The notes below the pieces were generated by a model, which saw nothing but the letters and a program-made list of their open reading frames with translations, did not search any database and had not been told where the DNA came from. A stretch of DNA of 64,000 bases from Spirochaetaceae bacterium (lineage in GTDB: Bacteria > Spirochaetota > Spirochaetia > DSM-2461), in assembly GCA_051531975.1 (NCBI GenBank), contig JAOPTT010000013.1, positions 32,001-96,000 on the forward strand, in the 5' to 3' direction. The translations under genes and the position numbers were made by a program. Of the stretch, positions 59,680 through 64,000 are shown one piece after another; positions within the stretch are counted from its first letter, which is position 1, and each line of letters opens with the position of its first letter.

Positions 59680-60982
59680 CTTTTTTAATAAGTATTATTA
59701 ACCATATAGAAAATATAATTGATACAATAATAATTGATAGGTTTAATCCAGTGAACATAAGGATTAAGCCTATTTTTTTTATAAACCATTTAATTGAAAA
59801 TAGTAAAAAAGATGTATTAAACAGATAGTTAAGATAATCCCTATTTTTCATTCCTAGTTGTGCCATAAAAAAGATAATTATAATTAATGAATAATTGGTT
59901 AATCTAGACAAAATTAATTCTGAAAGTACAATATCTTCAAAATATTTTACATATTTGTTATTAAATACTCTCATATTAAAATGTAAAGAAGATTGTGATA
60001 ACTTGTAAAACTCTTTGGAATAAAGCTTTAAATCTTCTGGATTCATTATGATATCAGGTTTATCTTTATTAATTACAAAAACTTCATTTTCTTTAAAACC
60101 AGATGAAAATAGTTGACCATTTTTATCAATATAAATATATGGGTAATTTTCATTATTAATTTTTAGGTTTTTTATATAATATCCACCATTATTATAAACT
60201 ATTTTCTCAATATAATATTTTTCAAATTTCCCTTTTGTATTATAAAATTTTATATCTGTATATCCAGGTAATTTTAAGGCAGACTCTACAAGATCTATAG
60301 AATAATAATCTTGTAATAAAATGTGGTAACTATTTTTCAATTTTATTATAAAGTCATGATCATATATAACATTGTTTAAATTGTTTAGACTAAAATAATA
60401 AGCATCTAAATACCGTTTCTGGTTTATCATATTTTTATATTTTAATGTCTCTATATATTTAACATTATTTTTTTTAATAGATGCACTTTTTAATTTAGAC
60501 TCAGCATCTTTTTTGATTTTATTTGCTTCAGTAATATTACCTATACCACTTTCCACAACAAAATCAGAGTAAATCCAGGCGCTAGTATACTCTTTTAAAT
60601 CAAGATAATATTTAGCTCTATCAATATTAGACTGAGGTATTTCTACTATAGACTTCTCATTAGTAGAATTATTTGGTTCTATAACCGATCTGTTTTCAGG
60701 TGGATTTAGTATTAGATTATTTATTAAAGATTTTGGATAGAAAACTTCTAATAATAATAGGGTAATACAAATAGCATAGACTGATACAATAACTATACTT
60801 ATAATATTACTATTATGATTTATATAAAAATATAATGTTGCAAATAATAAATTAAAAATTACAAATGATTTACCTATATAAAAAAGACTTAACGATAATA
60901 CTCCACCAGCAATAGCTAATAATAATAAAAAATAAAGTGTTATAGTTAATAAATAAAAAATTAGGGGCTTAAAATATTTCAA
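59654..60982 (-). CDS. Hypothetical membrane protein
   Basis: Long ORF with N- and C-terminal TM bundles; very AT-rich; 3' end overlaps murA. Confidence 0.65.
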   Translation of the reverse strand: MKYFKPLIFYLLTITLYFLLLLAIAGGVLSLSLFYIGKSFVIFNLLFATLYFYINHNSNIISIVIVSVYAICITLLLLEVFYPKSLINNLILNPPENRSVIEPNNSTNEKSIVEIPQSNIDRAKYYLDLKEYTSAWIYSDFVVESGIGNITEANKIKKDAESKLKSASIKKNNVKYIETLKYKNMINQKRYLDAYYFSLNNLNNVIYDHDFIIKLKNSYHILLQDYYSIDLVESALKLPGYTDIKFYNTKGKFEKYYIEKIVYNNGGYYIKNLKINNENYPYIYIDKNGQLFSSGFKENEVFVINKDKPDIIMNPEDLKLYSKEFYKLSQSSLHFNMRVFNNKYVKYFEDIVLSELILSRLTNYSLIIIIFFMAQLGMKNRDYLNYLFNTSFLLFSIKWFIKKIGLILMFTGLNLSIIIVSIIFSIWLIILIKKVTLSRALF

Positions 60983-61602
60983 TGTCTCTCCTTTATATTA
61001 ATTAGAAGAACAAAACTTAATATAATTATTAAAATATTTAGCTGATAATTCCAAATATATAGGTTAAATAAAAATGTTAATATTATAGCTAATACTTTTA
61101 AAATGGTATTAAATTTGAATAATCTGTCTAAACTCACTAAAACTGAAAGATTAAAAAGAAATAGTGAAAATGAAGATAAAGCAATATACTCTTTTATATC
61201 CCAATTATGTACATGGTTATACATTTCTTTAAATTTTATTGATTCTAAAATAAAAATCCCTTGGGTATATACATCATCACGATCTATATGAAAATCAATT
61301 ACACTATTTTTTACAAGCGATACATAATCGTAGTCTATAAAGAAAAAATCAAAAATTACAAATATTAAACAGCAAATAGTACTATGTATAACAACATCTT
61401 TATTAGTTTTACTATGACCATTTAATATATAAATAAACTGAGAAATAAATAGAACGAGACCCATTAATTCATGATATGTATATCTTAGAGTTAAAAGGTA
61501 ATTATCGATTGCAAAATTATTATTAAAAAAAAATATTGAAGTGCTTATAATTAAGAAACTAAAAAATATATAAAGAAGACTCTTTATGGCTAAGTTATTC
61601 AT
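60979..61602 (-). CDS. Hypothetical membrane protein
   Basis: Multiple TM helices; 4-bp overlap with the next gene. Confidence 0.6.
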   Translation of the reverse strand: MNNLAIKSLLYIFFSFLIISTSIFFFNNNFAIDNYLLTLRYTYHELMGLVLFISQFIYILNGHSKTNKDVVIHSTICCLIFVIFDFFFIDYDYVSLVKNSVIDFHIDRDDVYTQGIFILESIKFKEMYNHVHNWDIKEYIALSSFSLFLFNLSVLVSLDRLFKFNTILKVLAIILTFLFNLYIWNYQLNILIIILSFVLLINIKERH

Positions 61603-61612
61603 TATAGAATAA

Positions 61613-62158
61613 CTAACCTAAGAAAACCTGACCAGTCTTATCAATAGCTAAAATTGTCTTACATTCACTACATCTAAATCGACCAGATTTGCTTGCTTTT
61701 AATTTTTTTGAACATATAGGACATTTAAATATTTTAGGGAAAATAGACTTTTCAGAACTATTTCCACCAGAACTTGAAAAATGTTCAACAGCTTCATCTA
61801 AATTTCTTTTTATATTAAAAAACTTGGAAAAACCTAATAATTGAAAAACTTCAAATACTTTAGGTTGTACATCAATTAGTACTAAATCTCCATTTTTACC
61901 TTTAACTAATTTTAAAAATGCTGTGAATGATCCAATACCTGTACTAGATACATAATTTAATCCACCACACTGAAATATAAGTTTATTAAAACCTGCGTTA
62001 ACTGCTTTAACAACACGCTTCTGAAAAAGATTTGAATTATATGTATCTATGTATCCTGTAAGATAAAGAACTAATGCCTCTTCTCTAACATGAAGATTTA
62101 TTTTTAAACTGTCATCTTTTTCAAGATCGAAACCCTGAATTATGTCATCATTACCCAT
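61613..62158 (-). CDS. STAS-domain anti-sigma factor antagonist with C-terminal Zn ribbon
   Basis: LNYVSSTGIG phosphoserine motif, VFQLLG, CPIC...CSEC. Start moved to ATG 62158, which has AGAGG upstream. Confidence 0.88.
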   Translation of the reverse strand: MGNDDIIQGFDLEKDDSLKINLHVREEALVLYLTGYIDTYNSNLFQKRVVKAVNAGFNKLIFQCGGLNYVSSTGIGSFTAFLKLVKGKNGDLVLIDVQPKVFEVFQLLGFSKFFNIKRNLDEAVEHFSSSGGNSSEKSIFPKIFKCPICSKKLKASKSGRFRCSECKTILAIDKTGQVFLG

Positions 62159-62297
62159 AGAACCTCTTATTGTTGCTTTTAATAGTACCATTATATACTT
62201 ATTAATTAAAATTAATCTATATAAACGTATTTAATACAAGTTGTTAATCATAGCTTTTTGCTAATTATAACACACTCTTTTATAACTTTCAAACAAA

Positions 62298-62888
62298 TCA
62301 TTTTTTATTTAACCCAATAAAATAAATTTCAAAGGATTCACTTCTAACTGATTTTGGTTTAAAAGTTTTAACTTCATTAAACATAAGTTTCATTCTTTTT
62401 AAAATATCATTGGAGTCTTCTCCCTGATAAATTTTATATACTGAATTTCCACCTGGCTTTAATATATTATCGGTAAGTGTTAATATTTCTAAAACTAAAT
62501 CGTAACTTCTAGTTGTATCTGTTAGTCTATTACCAGTAGTAGATGGAGCAGCATCACTTAATACAACATCAAATGGACCTTTCTCACATAAAAAAGTAAT
62601 AGTTTCCTCTTTAAATACATCACCTTGCATAAAAAATAAATTTGGATACTCTTTTTTTAAGTTTAACGGTTTTAAATCAGCACCAACAACAAGTCCTTTT
62701 CCTTGAGCTATTTTTAATGCATACATTGTCCAACTACCAGGAGATGCACCCACATCTATTATTTTATGTCCAGGTTTCATTATCTTAAATTTTTGTTGAA
62801 TTTCTTCTAATTTATAAACAGAACGGGCTGGATAACCCTCTTTTTTTGCCTTTAAACTATAATGATCTAATTTATCTCTTCTTCCCAT
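62298..62888 (-). CDS. rlmE: 23S rRNA U2552 2'-O-methyltransferase
   Basis: ARSVYKL, DVGASPGSW, SDAAP and KPKSVRSESFEIY motifs. Start placed at ATG 62888, which has AGGAG upstream. Confidence 0.93.
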   Translation of the reverse strand: MGRRDKLDHYSLKAKKEGYPARSVYKLEEIQQKFKIMKPGHKIIDVGASPGSWTMYALKIAQGKGLVVGADLKPLNLKKEYPNLFFMQGDVFKEETITFLCEKGPFDVVLSDAAPSTTGNRLTDTTRSYDLVLEILTLTDNILKPGGNSVYKIYQGEDSNDILKRMKLMFNEVKTFKPKSVRSESFEIYFIGLNKK

Positions 62889-62925
62889 TCTACCAACTCC
62901 TGAAGTTTTATAATACAATATAAAT

Positions 62926-63972
62926 ATGGATAAAATATATAGTACAACATTAGATAGAATAGAAGAAGAAATTTCTAAAGTATTACCAACTAAAACTGAT
63001 AAAAACTGGATATATAAAGCTGTTGGAGGCTTATCTTCTGATATAACAACAGAATCTACAGATAATATAAATAGACCAGCCTTAGAGCTTATTTACCGTG
63101 GAGGTAAAAGATGGAGACCTCTAGTATTGGTTTTAACTGCTGCATGTTTTAATAATGATCTTGAAATGGCTTTTAAACTTTCTCCATTTGTTGAACTTAT
63201 ACATAATGGAACACTTTTAATAGATGATATTGAAGACAAAGCTATTGAGAGAAGAGGTAAAAAAGCTGTTCATTTAATATTTGGTGAGGATATGGCTATA
63301 AATTCTGGTAATCATCTATATTACATTCCAACAACAATAATAGATAACTTAGATTTAACTGATAAAGTAAAATTAAATATATATCAAAGCTATACACATA
63401 ATATGCGTCGTTTACATTTTGGACAAGGATTAGATATTCAATGGCATAACGATCTTAAAAAAATTCCCTCAGTAACTGAATATATACAGATGTGTAAATT
63501 TAAAACTGGTTGCTTAGCATCAATGTCTGGAGAATTAGGTGCTATATGTGCAGGATTAAGCAATGAAGAGATTGAAAATATACGTACTATTTGGGAAGAA
63601 ATAGGTGTAGGATTTCAAATATTAGACGATATAAAGAATATAACTACTGGAAACCCAGGTAAACATAGAGGTGATGATATTGTTGAAGGTAAAAAAAGTT
63701 TACCAGTTATCTTATATTGTAATAAAAATGAACATAGTAAATTATTAAATAATATTAAAATGGCTAAATTAAAAGGTATAATAAAAGGAAAAAAATATGT
63801 TGAGAGAGCTATAAAAATTTTAGATAATAGTGGTGCAATAACTGAAGGCTCTAAAATAGCTCTTGAACTTCTAAACAATAATATTGGAAGATTAAATAGT
63901 ACTTTACCTAATAGTCCATATAAAAAAGTTCTAATTAACATAGTAAATGATTTTATAAAAAAGATGTTATAG
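62926..63972 (+). CDS. Polyprenyl diphosphate synthase
   Basis: GGKRWRP, DDIED..RRG, GQGLD, KTG and FQILDD motifs. Confidence 0.93.
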   Translation: MDKIYSTTLDRIEEEISKVLPTKTDKNWIYKAVGGLSSDITTESTDNINRPALELIYRGGKRWRPLVLVLTAACFNNDLEMAFKLSPFVELIHNGTLLIDDIEDKAIERRGKKAVHLIFGEDMAINSGNHLYYIPTTIIDNLDLTDKVKLNIYQSYTHNMRRLHFGQGLDIQWHNDLKKIPSVTEYIQMCKFKTGCLASMSGELGAICAGLSNEEIENIRTIWEEIGVGFQILDDIKNITTGNPGKHRGDDIVEGKKSLPVILYCNKNEHSKLLNNIKMAKLKGIIKGKKYVERAIKILDNSGAITEGSKIALELLNNNIGRLNSTLPNSPYKKVLINIVNDFIKKML

Positions 63973-64000
63973 AATTAGTTAACAAGTTATCCACAATAGA

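Noticed and set aside
2605..63941. Short antisense or alternative-frame ORFs in the track (e.g. 5226..5588, 35185..35619, 36406..36978, 63615..63941)
   Set aside because: They overlap well-supported genes and have no recognisable motifs; treated as shadow ORFs

Overview
AT-rich bacterial chromosomal segment, most likely from a free-living spirochaete. This is inferred from the STAS protein with a C-terminal Zn ribbon next to rlmE, the Cys-less 'LFANG' signal on a solute-binding protein, and the Asp-type MurA. No rRNA, tRNA, CRISPR array, integrase or transposase was recognised. Layout: (1) 1-9.9 kb, a dense, mostly minus-strand run of small accessory genes (five GNATs, two nucleotidyltransferases, SDR, methyltransferase, tandem-SH3 protein, cupin, EamA) plus two genes missing from the ORF track. 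(2) 10-20.6 kb, a periplasmic binding protein with an orphan hybrid kinase, a MerR regulator, an adenylate cyclase, and a MerR-type promoter ahead of an epimerase/DUF4386/GT1 operon. (3) 20.6-28.7 kb, an NtrC-type two-component pair and a MacAB-like exporter split by a tocopherol-cyclase-like gene; each half has a sigma54 promoter and enhancer with identical geometry. (4) A bacterial DA1-like Zn-finger peptidase. (5) A TetR-MMPL-LolA-like-beta-barrel operon. (6) A 2273-aa beta-propeller/PAS hybrid kinase. (7) A YesM/YesN sugar ABC locus with two FAD oxidoreductases, two paralogous binding proteins and no glycosidase. (8) Housekeeping genes: thrC, aspartate kinase, murA, STAS protein, rlmE, polyprenyl synthase. 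The best leads are the twin sigma54 modules, the DA1-like peptidase, the flavoenzyme sugar locus and the GT1 with a rewired catalytic dyad. All family calls come from reading motifs by eye; no database search was run.
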